From a virus (Duplodnaviria > Caudoviricetes), in IMG/VR virus record IMGVR_UViG_3300002835_000172, positions 813 to 64,812 of that record: a stretch of DNA of 64,000 nucleotides; one strand, 5' to 3'. The notes below the pieces were generated by a model. That model was not told where the DNA came from and did no database searches. It worked only from the letters and a program-made list of their open reading frames with translations. The position numbers were made by a program, and so were the translations under genes. Shown here piece by piece: positions 10,176-19,025 of this stretch. Each line of letters opens with the position of its first letter. Positions within the stretch are counted from its first letter, which is position 1.

Positions 10176-10568
10176 TTATTCGGTTGTGATTTTCCAGCCC
10201 GTATCAACTTTTGTTGCGAATTCGTTGAGTTCTTTTTTCTTTTGTTCGTCTGTGTTGCACTTTTTGTATAGTTCTATTGTCTCTTCATCTACTGCGAAAT
10301 CTGTTTCGTCTCCGCTTGCTGTTGAACGACTGAGAACGATATCTCCAACTAGTAGTTGACCAAACAGGTATGTCATTGCGACATTCGCTTCCTGTTTGAG
10401 TAGTAAACCTTCGTCATGCACATATGCGTGCAAATCTTTACGTAAAGGGTGACGCACGATATCAAACCATCCACCAACCATGTGGTGAACCATGATGTGT
10501 GCGTCTGTCACGGGAAGGTCTATGTGTCGTACTTCGCCGTTCGCTCTTACGAGTACTGCCGATGTCAT
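10176..10568 (-). CDS. DUF3846-like protein
   Basis: VGGWFDIV...YVHDEGLL...N...LVGDIVL pattern. Confidence 0.6.
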   Translation of the reverse strand: MTSAVLVRANGEVRHIDLPVTDAHIMVHHMVGGWFDIVRHPLRKDLHAYVHDEGLLLKQEANVAMTYLFGQLLVGDIVLSRSTASGDETDFAVDEETIELYKKCNTDEQKKKELNEFATKVDTGWKITTE

Positions 10569-10855
10569 TATGACTCCCTAATTGTGTGGTCGTATTCACG
10601 GTCTTGGTTTTCAAGACGGATAGGTAGATAGAAGTCGTTCATTGTGCGCTTGATGTACGGGTTGCGTAGACCAGACCAAGAGACTTTTACTCCGTTGGGT
10701 ACATATGTTGTGAACCATTCAAATGCTTCTGCGCTGTTCTCAAACGGTCCGTAAAACTTTTGTGTTCTGTCGAATGAAAGTGTTGCGATAAGTGGTGAGT
10801 TGAGATAGTAGGTGTCTAGGTACTCTTGCATCTCGTCAAGTGTTTCAAGAATCAT
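10568..10855 (-). CDS. hypothetical protein
   Basis: 95-aa ORF translationally coupled with its neighbours. Confidence 0.55.
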   Translation of the reverse strand: MILETLDEMQEYLDTYYLNSPLIATLSFDRTQKFYGPFENSAEAFEWFTTYVPNGVKVSWSGLRNPYIKRTMNDFYLPIRLENQDREYDHTIRES

Positions 10856-11097
10856 GTAGCCTCTTTCGTTGGTACTGCTATTTGGATAGTTCCTGTTTTT
10901 GTGTTGTGTGCTACCACTTTGTCTTCCTGCACGAGCAGTGTGATATCACCTGAATATTCGTAGAAGAAGTCGCCTAGGTCTACTGCACCGCATTTTGTAT
11001 CTGCTACAAATTGTGCGTATGCGAGTAGACGATCGGCTTCTGTTTCGTACTCGTCACGAGGGCGTTCGGGGGGCATTTGTTCTTTAGGTTTACGCAT
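10852..11097 (-). CDS. hypothetical protein
   Basis: 81-aa ORF in the overlapping operon. Confidence 0.55.
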   Translation of the reverse strand: MRKPKEQMPPERPRDEYETEADRLLAYAQFVADTKCGAVDLGDFFYEYSGDITLLVQEDKVVAHNTKTGTIQIAVPTKEAT

Positions 11098-11927
11098 TAG
11101 TATGTGTAATTTCCTTCTAACAAACGATTGAACTCCTCGCCGTAATACTTGAATGAATGTGATGACACACTCTCTGCTAGTTCGTTTTCATCAACGCCTA
11201 GTTCAAGGATAAGTACGCTCTCTGCACCCATGGTGTCACGACCAAGGACACTTACTTCTGTGTCTGCGTCCATCCAATCCACCCGTGTGTGGTGGTGTCC
11301 ACAGATATGGAACTGTGGTGTCACCTTGTCAAGTATTTCCTTGACGAGATGTCGTTGTGCGATAGACACTTGAATGTCGTCCTTGTATGTGATCTTTTCA
11401 CCATTGTTGTACGGTGCTTCGTGGGTCATGAGGATGTCAACGGGTTCGTTGCTGAGTAGATCAACATCGAATGGGTTGATAAGTTCGCCTCTCCACCATG
11501 AGTCACCTTCTACACGGTCTAACCAATCCACTGAGTACGCACCGCCATAACCCATGAAGGTTGTTTCTCCGATTTGGAAACGACATCCACGAGGAATGTA
11601 TTGCAACCATTCATTAGGTGTTGGGATTGGATTGTTCTTTCCGTACTTGTCAGTTAGGTCACGAAGTAGATCATGATTTTCGTGGTTGCCGTCAATCCAA
11701 AGGAACTTGATTTGTGCGTCTTCTGCGAGTTTCGCTACACGGTTCACAAATTGCTTTCCAAATGGACGGTGCACCCAATACCCAAAGTCGCCAACTGAGA
11801 TGATGTGCGTTACTTCGTTCTTTTTTGCATGCGAGATTACCCACTCTGCGTGTCCCATGTTGCCGTGGATGTCACCTGCGAACATGACGATCTGTTTGGT
11901 TTGTTTAGTGTTTTCTAGTTGTTTCAT
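11097..11927 (-). CDS. calcineurin-like metallophosphoesterase
   Basis: GDIHG, VGDFG, DGNHE, THEAP and GHHH motifs. Confidence 0.9.
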   Translation of the reverse strand: MKQLENTKQTKQIVMFAGDIHGNMGHAEWVISHAKKNEVTHIISVGDFGYWVHRPFGKQFVNRVAKLAEDAQIKFLWIDGNHENHDLLRDLTDKYGKNNPIPTPNEWLQYIPRGCRFQIGETTFMGYGGAYSVDWLDRVEGDSWWRGELINPFDVDLLSNEPVDILMTHEAPYNNGEKITYKDDIQVSIAQRHLVKEILDKVTPQFHICGHHHTRVDWMDADTEVSVLGRDTMGAESVLILELGVDENELAESVSSHSFKYYGEEFNRLLEGNYTY

Positions 11928-11934
11928 ATATATA

Positions 11935-11963
11935 AGTATATACCCGTACTGTCATATTGTCAA
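11935..11963 (-). promoter_or_regulatory. sigma70-type promoter for a leaderless transcript
   Basis: minus-strand TTGACA, 17 nt, TATACT; ATG 11927 lies 7 nt after the -10 box. Confidence 0.75.
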
Positions 11964-12028
11964 CCCCATAAATGCCCTAATTCACGGGCTTTCATGATAT
12001 ATCTAGGGGCGTAAGGTAGTGTATTGGT

Positions 12029-12457
12029 ATGACAGAACCGCTGACATCCGCCACAATCGTCTCCCGCCTACCTGAAGAAATAGTTGATTTAGTCGGGAGA
12101 TTTATCGGCGATAGCGACATCGACACCGACTTAGATGAGGTCAAAGTACTGATGCCTGCTAGTCCCGTCGTGTCGGCAATCGCCTCCTATTTGGGCATCT
12201 CACAAGAAAGCCCGAGTGGACATGCGCTCGATCAAGCAAAAGCGTGGATCGATGAACAATCATTGTGGCAAGACAGGTCATCAACCATTCAACAGAAACT
12301 TTCAGAAAAGTTCCCATTCACAGAAGTAGAAGCATCAAAAGGCGAAATCCCTTCATGGATGCACGCCCCCTGGGCTCCAACCCTGCTGTTCCAATGGTCA
12401 GAAGCATTGCGAGACGCAGTTTTACAAGCAGAAGAATATGTGGAGGAAGTTCTATGA
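12029..12457 (+). CDS. hypothetical protein
   Basis: 142-aa ORF; TAGTGT box 6 nt before the ATG. Confidence 0.55.
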   Translation: MTEPLTSATIVSRLPEEIVDLVGRFIGDSDIDTDLDEVKVLMPASPVVSAIASYLGISQESPSGHALDQAKAWIDEQSLWQDRSSTIQQKLSEKFPFTEVEASKGEIPSWMHAPWAPTLLFQWSEALRDAVLQAEEYVEEVL

Positions 12458-12831
12458 GTGACGAAACCAACGACAATCTAGAGTTCGCTATGGGTGAAGT
12501 AGCGCGTGACTTGGAGCCGACGCGTTCGAGGAGTGTCGCTAAGAAGAAAAAAGATAAAGACGGGACTGATTTATCTTCCACAGCACAAGAACAGGTCCTT
12601 TTCCGTGCAACCGCCGAAGACAAGCAGAAGTGGGAGGAATGCGCCAAACATTTGGGTATTTCTATGGCTGAGTTCCTTCGTGTTTCGGCTAACGAAAAGG
12701 TTGAATCTGCGATGGCAGGATGCGACCACCCGTTGGCTTTCCGCCGTTCATTTCCGTGGATGGAAGAATGCCTGAAGTGCGGTGTGCGTTTACGAAACGA
12801 ACAAACCGCAACTTACACTAATCGCCGATAA
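12454..12831 (+). CDS. putative RHH-type DNA-binding protein with C-terminal Zn-binding motif
   Basis: QVLFRATAEDKQKWEECAKHLGISMAEFLR (RHH-like) plus CDH...CLKCG. Confidence 0.5.
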   Translation: MSDETNDNLEFAMGEVARDLEPTRSRSVAKKKKDKDGTDLSSTAQEQVLFRATAEDKQKWEECAKHLGISMAEFLRVSANEKVESAMAGCDHPLAFRRSFPWMEECLKCGVRLRNEQTATYTNRR

Positions 12832-12834
12832 GCA

Positions 12835-13188
12835 GTGAAGCCCCGCAAACCGATAAAACGGTCGCCACTCAAACGATCGACAAAGCCGATCAAGCAAAAG
12901 TCGGCAAAGCGGTTGGTTGCTGATGTGGATAGGCGCATCTTTGTTGCGATGATGCTCAACAAACACCCGTATTGTGTTGCGTGTCCTGTGTTTGCTGAAC
13001 ATGATGGGCTTGTCACTTATGTGCGTCGCCCGTCGCAGGATATTCATGAACTTATCCGTCGCTCTCAGGGCGGTTCTGTGGTTGATGAGGGGAACTGTAT
13101 TGCTGTGTGCCGTCCGTGTCATACACGAATCGGGGAGAACCCGCAGTTAGCCTTTGACTTGGGGCTTGCGAAACATTCGTGGGAATGA
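12835..13188 (+). CDS. HNH-type nuclease
   Basis: CVAC...DIHE..RRSQGG.....N..AVCRPCH. Confidence 0.7.
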   Translation: MKPRKPIKRSPLKRSTKPIKQKSAKRLVADVDRRIFVAMMLNKHPYCVACPVFAEHDGLVTYVRRPSQDIHELIRRSQGGSVVDEGNCIAVCRPCHTRIGENPQLAFDLGLAKHSWE

Positions 13189-13450
13189 AAGGGGATTTAT
13201 GTTTCTACTGTCATGGTTCATGAAACTGATATGGGTTGTATCTATGGTTTCAGTAATCGGTTTACTGTCCGTGCTTGCGATGATACTGATATCAGACTTG
13301 AAAGGGTCGTGGTATTGGAAGAAGCGTGGTGGTTGGTAACCACCCGTAAGCACTATTTGCGCTTACCGCCATGCCTACGATCGTATTGAACGCCTCTAAG
13401 GTATAGCCATCTACCAACGAGAAAGATTGTTGCGCCGATAAGAAACTGTT

Positions 13451-13984
13451 TCATTGTGCTTTGCCTTTCTTGCAGAACTCTATGTACTTAGTCATTACGA
13501 AGTCTACGAACTCTGATCGTATTGTCGCTTCACCATCGTCAATCATAGTGAACTCGGGTAGACCGTTATCGTTGTAAACATATTTAGAACACTTACCTGC
13601 ACTGCCTCCGTTGTACCCGTAGGTCGCTACAGTCAATGCCTCTGATACAGGTGTATTAGGGTTGTTCTTATACTCTTTCTCTAGGTCACCTCTCTGATAA
13701 CCCGTGAGACTGTCTAACTTTTTGATACGAACATAACTATCTACAACGATACTTACAGTGTCAAACTCATCTAAACCGTCATTGTATGCGTCACTCAACA
13801 CTGTAGGTAACGACTCAAATGGGTGACCATTGAGACCACTCTGACGACACTCAAATAGGTCGCCCTTCTGAAACACAACGAATGACTGCATGTCTGTAAT
13901 ACCGTTATCTTCTTTGCATACCTCTGTCTTGCGAAGTTGTGCGATCTTTACGATCTTGTCTGCCTCTATGTCTATGTCCATCAT
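13451..13984 (-). CDS. hypothetical protein (possible remote paralogue of 30189-30821)
   Basis: open 177-aa ORF; similar motif order seen by eye. Confidence 0.55.
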   Translation of the reverse strand: MMDIDIEADKIVKIAQLRKTEVCKEDNGITDMQSFVVFQKGDLFECRQSGLNGHPFESLPTVLSDAYNDGLDEFDTVSIVVDSYVRIKKLDSLTGYQRGDLEKEYKNNPNTPVSEALTVATYGYNGGSAGKCSKYVYNDNGLPEFTMIDDGEATIRSEFVDFVMTKYIEFCKKGKAQ

Positions 13985-14226
13985 TGTTATACCCGTGTGC
14001 TTCTTTTGCGTGTGATCGAACGACACTGTGCTAATGCTTGCTCTCTTGTGTCATGTGTAGACAACGGCATATTGTTGTTCGCTGTGTCTATTACCAACCA
14101 TTTAGTGGAAGGGTATCTATCAGGTGATATGTCGTATCTGTAGTTCATTGTGCTCCTATGAGTAGGACGATCATGGCTATTGCCATTGTTGCTATGCCTA
14201 GTAATGCATCTGTAGTCATGTGTCTA

Positions 14227-14255
14227 ACTATATAACAGTAGTGAGTATATGTCAA
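14227..14255 (-). promoter_or_regulatory. sigma70-type promoter, leaderless
   Basis: minus-strand TTGACA, 17 nt, TATAGT; an ATG at 14219 opens a short hydrophobic ORF. Confidence 0.65.
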
Positions 14256-14271
14256 GTATCACCCGTAGCCA

Positions 14272-14490
14272 CTATTTCTCAACACGCCACCTCATACCAT
14301 AAGACCTACGCAAAGCATTAGCCTCCAACTTACGAGACCTCTCAGGCTCAGGTAACGACTCATACAGAGCAACACGCTGACGATTCTTACGCTCACGCTC
14401 ATACTCCCTACGCCTCTCACGCTTAGCCCTCGTATCCTCACGATGACAGCGATCCCACTCTCTCTTGTCCTCAATGTTCTTATAAGGCAT
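14272..14490 (-). CDS. small basic hypothetical protein
   Basis: MPYKNIEDKREW... Arg/Glu-rich 72-aa ORF. Confidence 0.5.
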   Translation of the reverse strand: MPYKNIEDKREWDRCHREDTRAKRERRREYERERKNRQRVALYESLPEPERSRKLEANALRRSYGMRWRVEK

Positions 14491-14661
14491 TGACTAACGA
14501 CCTTTAGCAAACAACTTGAACACAAAAAGCACAACAAAAGAAATCACAACAGACGCAACAACCTCCTCGAAATGCACAACAAACACAAACCACAAAAACT
14601 GCAACAACAAAGACAAACCGATCAACACAAACAACACAGGAACAAGCACACGCATTACGAT

Positions 14662-14686
14662 GAAACCCTTACAACATAAGGGTTAC
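14662..14686 (-). repeat. imperfect palindrome, copy 2 (inverted relative to 541-565)
   Basis: GAAACCCTTA-CAACA-TAAGGGTTAC. Confidence 0.55.
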
Positions 14687-14924
14687 AGGACATTAGATGC
14701 GATGTGGTTGAGTGATTCATAAACGGGACTGCCAACCTTTTAGAGCGGTTCGGGCAGGGTGGGGAGTGATGCGATAATTTTTTGTGTCGCCTTCTTTTTT
14801 TTAGGTTTATCTGACACGGGTCTGTTGGGTTTTGGTTTGTAGATGGTTTCTAGTTGTTTGATTTCTTTTTGGAGTTGTTTGATTTCTTTGTCTAGTTGGG
14901 CGAGTTGTTGGTCTAATGTTTTTT

Positions 14925-15245
14925 TCATTTTGTTTCTGTTTCTGTGTGGTGGTGGATCATGTTGAGGCAGGTGAGGTAGCCGATTGTGTCTAGGAGTGTG
15001 TCGTGGTGGAGGTTTCCTGCTTCTAGGTTTGTTCGTAGTCTTGCGAGTTTGACGGAGACCATGAAGAGGATTGCGTCGTTTATGGTGAGTTCTTTTCCTG
15101 TGAGTGTTTGGTAGATGTTGATGACTTTTGTGTAGTCGTCTTTTGGGTGTCCGTATGTGTTTTGGCGGTCTTGGTTTACGATTTTGTAGGCTTCTTGGAG
15201 GATTTCGGTTCCGGGTGTGGGCGTATTTTTTGGTGTGGTGTTCAT
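14925..15245 (-). CDS. DUF6378-like phage protein
   Basis: ILQEAYKIVNQDRQNTYGHP...MVSVKLAR...DTLLDTIGY pattern. Confidence 0.75.
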   Translation of the reverse strand: MNTTPKNTPTPGTEILQEAYKIVNQDRQNTYGHPKDDYTKVINIYQTLTGKELTINDAILFMVSVKLARLRTNLEAGNLHHDTLLDTIGYLTCLNMIHHHTETETK

Positions 15246-15338
15246 ATCGTTTTAGTTTATCTGTCCTGGGACTGTTTGGGGTGGTTTTTAAAAATTTCGC
15301 GCGGCGGTCAGAGGTTTTTTAGAGATGCGCGTTTGGGG

Positions 15339-16319
15339 TCATACCGCTTCTAGTGAGCATATTTGGAGGTATTCACTGAATGTCATTTCGTTGAATAGGA
15401 AATTGTTTTTTGTGCTGATTCCTAGTATTTCGTTTTTAACGGATTCATTGTCGTTGTTGTTCAGATCCATATGCCCAAAATCTATTCTTGCAATTCTTCT
15501 AGGGTATTGTTTCAACATTTGCTTGTATTCGTCACACATTTGGTTACTTGCACCTTCTTCTGAGTGCATAAATGGGTGGCTGTTCATGTGTTTTACGGTT
15601 TGAACTGATGGTCCGACGACGTTGTACCCTTTTGATACTAGTTTCATGGACAATATGGTTTCTTCAAGTAGGACATTGGGTTCTTTTGTATATATTTCGT
15701 GCATTGATCCAGTGGAGAACAAAAATGCTCCAGAAACATGATTGTGCCTATTGTCTAATATGTTTCTGGTTTCGCATTTATCTTCTAGTGGTCTGATTTG
15801 TTTGTCGATTAGTCGTTCAATCCATTTGATGTCGCTTTCGTTGACAATGTTGCTGTTTCTTGGTGGGTGCCACCATCCACCTTCTTTTTTTTCGTTATAG
15901 GTGTATGAATATGGGTATTCGCTGACCGCTATTTTTGTTCGGTAGATATTGGAAAGTTTCTTAAAATCCTCTATGAGTTGTAAGTCCCAATTGTTCCTGA
16001 ATTTCATGTGTGAATCTATTTGTAGGTAGAAGTCCTCTCCGTCATAGAAGGAGTTGGCAATTTGTCTTGAAATTGAAGGACCTAGAGCGGTTGGCGCTTT
16101 GTTGAATTCTTTTGATATTTTTGTGTGACTAAATTTTCTGTTTAACACGTTTTCTATGTCTTCTGGTAGTTCGTTGTAATAGTTGAAATGAACACCAACA
16201 TTTACGATGCTTTCTTTTGATGAAAAAAGATTCAAACTGTCTATCGTGTTTATTATTTCATAGTCGTGGTAAGCAGGGATTTGGACAAAGATTGATGGGG
16301 TGGAAGAATTCAGGTTCAT
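15339..16319 (-). CDS. GT60-like (Skp1 hydroxyproline GlcNAc-transferase-like) glycosyltransferase
   Basis: SIFVQIPAYHD, EDFYLQIDSHMKF..NWD, SGAFLFS and EE..LS motifs; start moved to ATG 16319. Confidence 0.75.
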   Translation of the reverse strand: MNLNSSTPSIFVQIPAYHDYEIINTIDSLNLFSSKESIVNVGVHFNYYNELPEDIENVLNRKFSHTKISKEFNKAPTALGPSISRQIANSFYDGEDFYLQIDSHMKFRNNWDLQLIEDFKKLSNIYRTKIAVSEYPYSYTYNEKKEGGWWHPPRNSNIVNESDIKWIERLIDKQIRPLEDKCETRNILDNRHNHVSGAFLFSTGSMHEIYTKEPNVLLEETILSMKLVSKGYNVVGPSVQTVKHMNSHPFMHSEEGASNQMCDEYKQMLKQYPRRIARIDFGHMDLNNNDNESVKNEILGISTKNNFLFNEMTFSEYLQICSLEAV

Positions 16320-16849
16320 AGATAGGTCAGTTCTTTTTCGTTTAGTTTTAGTCTTGGACCATAACCGTAGTCGGTTTTTTGGGCTTTTGCAAAGAAATTT
16401 TGGCGGGTTGTTCCACCGATTATTTGGAACTGTGTGTTTGTGCCTATGTTTTCCCATTGGTGTTTAGGCTGGTTGCACCATACGACTATGCATTGTTCTG
16501 TGTCGGGTTTCCATAAACCGTATTTGCAGTGTTCAGGGTCGTTGATTATAAGGTCTTTTTGTGATGATGTTTTGATCTCAGTTTTTTTGTTGTTTATGGT
16601 GGTGTCGAAGCCGTTGTCTGCGCCGACATAGATTTCCCAATCTATTTCTGTGTTGTAGTAGCGGGAGATGATGACTTCCCCTGCCTTCCCGAGCATGATG
16701 ATGCCTTTTTCGGTGGCTCCTGCCGTGTATTTGCGGTCGGTTACTTGGTGTTCGTTTTTGTTTGCTTTACAGAGATCGGTGAATCGGCGTAGTTGTAGTA
16801 CTTCACGGGCGGTTAGTCGCATCAACGGATATTTAGTAGCGGTTTCCAT
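16316..16849 (-). CDS. putative PD-(D/E)xK nuclease-like protein
   Basis: GKAGE...ADNGFD......EIKTS motif arrangement. Confidence 0.45.
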   Translation of the reverse strand: METATKYPLMRLTAREVLQLRRFTDLCKANKNEHQVTDRKYTAGATEKGIIMLGKAGEVIISRYYNTEIDWEIYVGADNGFDTTINNKKTEIKTSSQKDLIINDPEHCKYGLWKPDTEQCIVVWCNQPKHQWENIGTNTQFQIIGGTTRQNFFAKAQKTDYGYGPRLKLNEKELTYL

Positions 16850-16860
16850 TTTGTTTTAGT

Positions 16861-17406
16861 TTATCTAGCGGGGGACTGTTTTATTCTAGAGCGTTGCCAA
16901 TCCCTTTTTCTTTTTCTATGCGCCTCTAGTTTTTCAGGGTCACTAAGACGTTTTTTGTATGCATTGTTGGAGCATTCTTTACATTTTCTATAAACTCTTA
17001 CAGTCATAGTCCCATCAGAATTTTTAATTTCTCCGTATTGGTGCACCCATGTCCCCACTACGGCATATTCGTGCCCTTTTCTACAATGCGTCTGAAGCCT
17101 ATTTTGTGGGGGTTGCCTATTTTTTTTGTGCATATCAATTGAATTATCGGAAATAGTGCCAAGCCATAGATGTTCTGGATTCACGCAGGCAGGAATGTCG
17201 CAACTGTGACATACAGATAATCCATCAGGGATCTGACCTTTAAATAAGGTGTACGCACCTCTATGGGCGGAACCAATCCTCTTATTAAACCAAAATTTTC
17301 CGTAACCTTTTCTATCTTTACATCCAGTCCATAACCAGCAGGTGTCTGTTTTTTCTACTTTTTGCCAAAACCGCTCTTCGTCTGTCATTGTTTTTTGGAA
17401 TGCCAT
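16861..17406 (-). CDS. HNH homing endonuclease
   Basis: RFWQKV..TDTCWLWTG, GYG.F, AHR, VCHSCD.P.CVNPEHL..GT..DN; C-terminal THCRKGHEY...CKEC. Confidence 0.9.
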   Translation of the reverse strand: MAFQKTMTDEERFWQKVEKTDTCWLWTGCKDRKGYGKFWFNKRIGSAHRGAYTLFKGQIPDGLSVCHSCDIPACVNPEHLWLGTISDNSIDMHKKNRQPPQNRLQTHCRKGHEYAVVGTWVHQYGEIKNSDGTMTVRVYRKCKECSNNAYKKRLSDPEKLEAHRKRKRDWQRSRIKQSPAR

Positions 17407-17415
17407 TTTTATACT

Positions 17416-18135
17416 TTATCTAGTTGCGGACTCTTTTGCTATAGCAATATATTTTTCGTCTATATCGTATCCGATATATCGTCTGCCTAGTTTGTGGGCT
17501 GTTGCTGTGGTTGTTCCTATCCCGTTGAAGGGGTCTAGGACGATGTCGTCGGGCTGTGTGGTGAGTAGGACACAGTTTTCTACTAGTTGCGCAGGGAATG
17601 GTGCGGGATGGATTGTTTGCCGTTGTGGGGAGATGTCCCATATTTCGCCAAGGTATTTGGGGTCTATGTTCCCACGGAATGTTTTCGGCTTGTTTTTGGA
17701 TAGCCAATAGACGTGTTCTGTGTTGGGGAGCAGATGGTCTTTACGAATGTTCGGGCTGTTTTTGCGGTTCCAAATGATCAGTTGATATATGTGTGCGTTT
17801 GTTTTGTGTATGAATTCTGTTGGTAGCCGTGCTTGGTTGTTGTGTCGGCGCGGTTTATGGTTGAAAAAGATTGAACCGTCTGGTGTGATCACTCGGTGTA
17901 GTTCGTTGATTACTTCTATTATCCAGTTTTGGTATTCGTTTTCTGGCATGTTGTCGTGGTATTCGTTGTAGTCAATATTGTGTTTTTGCCAGATTTGGTT
18001 GCTGTTTTGTGTTTTGCCGTTTTGGATACCTTTTTTGTTGTATGGCGGTGAGGTGACAACTGTGTTGATTGTGGAATCAGGTAATTTTTTAAGTTCCTCT
18101 AATGCATCACCGCATTTTATAATGTTGGTCTCCAC
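17416..18135 (-). CDS. DNA methyltransferase (N4-C/N6-A, beta class)
   Basis: TSPPYN catalytic motif, HPAPFP, VLDPFNGIGTT SAM-binding motif. Confidence 0.92.
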   Translation of the reverse strand: METNIIKCGDALEELKKLPDSTINTVVTSPPYNKKGIQNGKTQNSNQIWQKHNIDYNEYHDNMPENEYQNWIIEVINELHRVITPDGSIFFNHKPRRHNNQARLPTEFIHKTNAHIYQLIIWNRKNSPNIRKDHLLPNTEHVYWLSKNKPKTFRGNIDPKYLGEIWDISPQRQTIHPAPFPAQLVENCVLLTTQPDDIVLDPFNGIGTTTATAHKLGRRYIGYDIDEKYIAIAKESATR

Positions 18136-18162
18136 GCGTTTTAGTTTATCCAGCGTGGGACT

Positions 18163-18687
18163 TTAGAATGGTTCTCTGTTGACTGATTTAGCGTTTCTGG
18201 TTGTTTTCTGTATGCGCCAAATTGTGTTGCTGAAAAGCGTTTCGGCTTGGTCGGCGTTTTCCCCTGACAGGAGCATGATGTGATTTTCGGATGCTTCTGG
18301 AAGTGTTTCAAACGGGTAGCCCTGTAACGCACCTTCCACATATTGGCAGTTGGATGCATCCATCAGGAACCGCCAGTCTTTTTCTTCTTGTGGGGTATGA
18401 AGCGAGTTGAAATCTATGTAGAGACCTTTAAATGATTGGAGCGCTATTTGTGATGCTGTATTGAATGCGATTCCACCTGTCCCAATACAAATGATTATGT
18501 CGCATTGTTTTTGAAGTGCTGTAATGTCGGGGAGTTCTATGATTCCTGCTTGTTTTGCAAGTTGTACAGTTTCTGATTTTCGGCTTTGGCTAGAGAAGTA
18601 GGTTTTGTGTCCTTTGGCGTTTAGCGACAAGGCAAGCGATCTTCCCATTCTGCCGGGTGAGACGATACCTATGCGGCTCATCGCCAC
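18163..18687 (-). CDS. NAD(P)-binding oxidoreductase domain (6PGD/HIBADH N-terminal-like)
   Basis: RIGIVSPGRMG Rossmann motif, YIDFNS; appears to lack the C-terminal domain. Confidence 0.65.
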   Translation of the reverse strand: MAMSRIGIVSPGRMGRSLALSLNAKGHKTYFSSQSRKSETVQLAKQAGIIELPDITALQKQCDIIICIGTGGIAFNTASQIALQSFKGLYIDFNSLHTPQEEKDWRFLMDASNCQYVEGALQGYPFETLPEASENHIMLLSGENADQAETLFSNTIWRIQKTTRNAKSVNREPF

Positions 18688-18983
18688 GGCGTTGAATTGT
18701 CTCGCGTTTTTTGTAGCACTCCGCTGATAGCAAGATTTTTGGCAAATGTGGAGATGGCATGCACTACGCCGAGCGGTTCAGGGAACCCCAACTTTTCCGC
18801 CACGGCATCTAAGGTTTCGTTTTCTATTTCTGTCCAAACGGCAAGTACTGCTTGCGCCCCTGTTGTTTTGTCTGTGTAATAGTTGTTGGCGATTATGTCT
18901 ATGCCTTGGATTTCCCATAGTTCAGGGTCATGTTTTTCCAGCAGTGGAACACGATTGAGGTTCGGTTCTGTATTTTCGCTCAT
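18678..18983 (-). CDS. hypothetical protein
   Basis: 101-aa ORF with AAAGGAG RBS. Confidence 0.55.
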   Translation of the reverse strand: MSENTEPNLNRVPLLEKHDPELWEIQGIDIIANNYYTDKTTGAQAVLAVWTEIENETLDAVAEKLGFPEPLGVVHAISTFAKNLAISGVLQKTRDNSTPWR

Positions 18984-19025
18984 TGTATGTTGTTCTCCTT
19001 TCTGTCTAGTTTATGCAGGCGGGGA

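Noticed and set aside
14516-14722. Thr/Asn/Lys-rich 68-aa ORF
   Set aside because: It is best explained as a by-product of the A/C-rich low-complexity tract; no RBS or recognisable motif.
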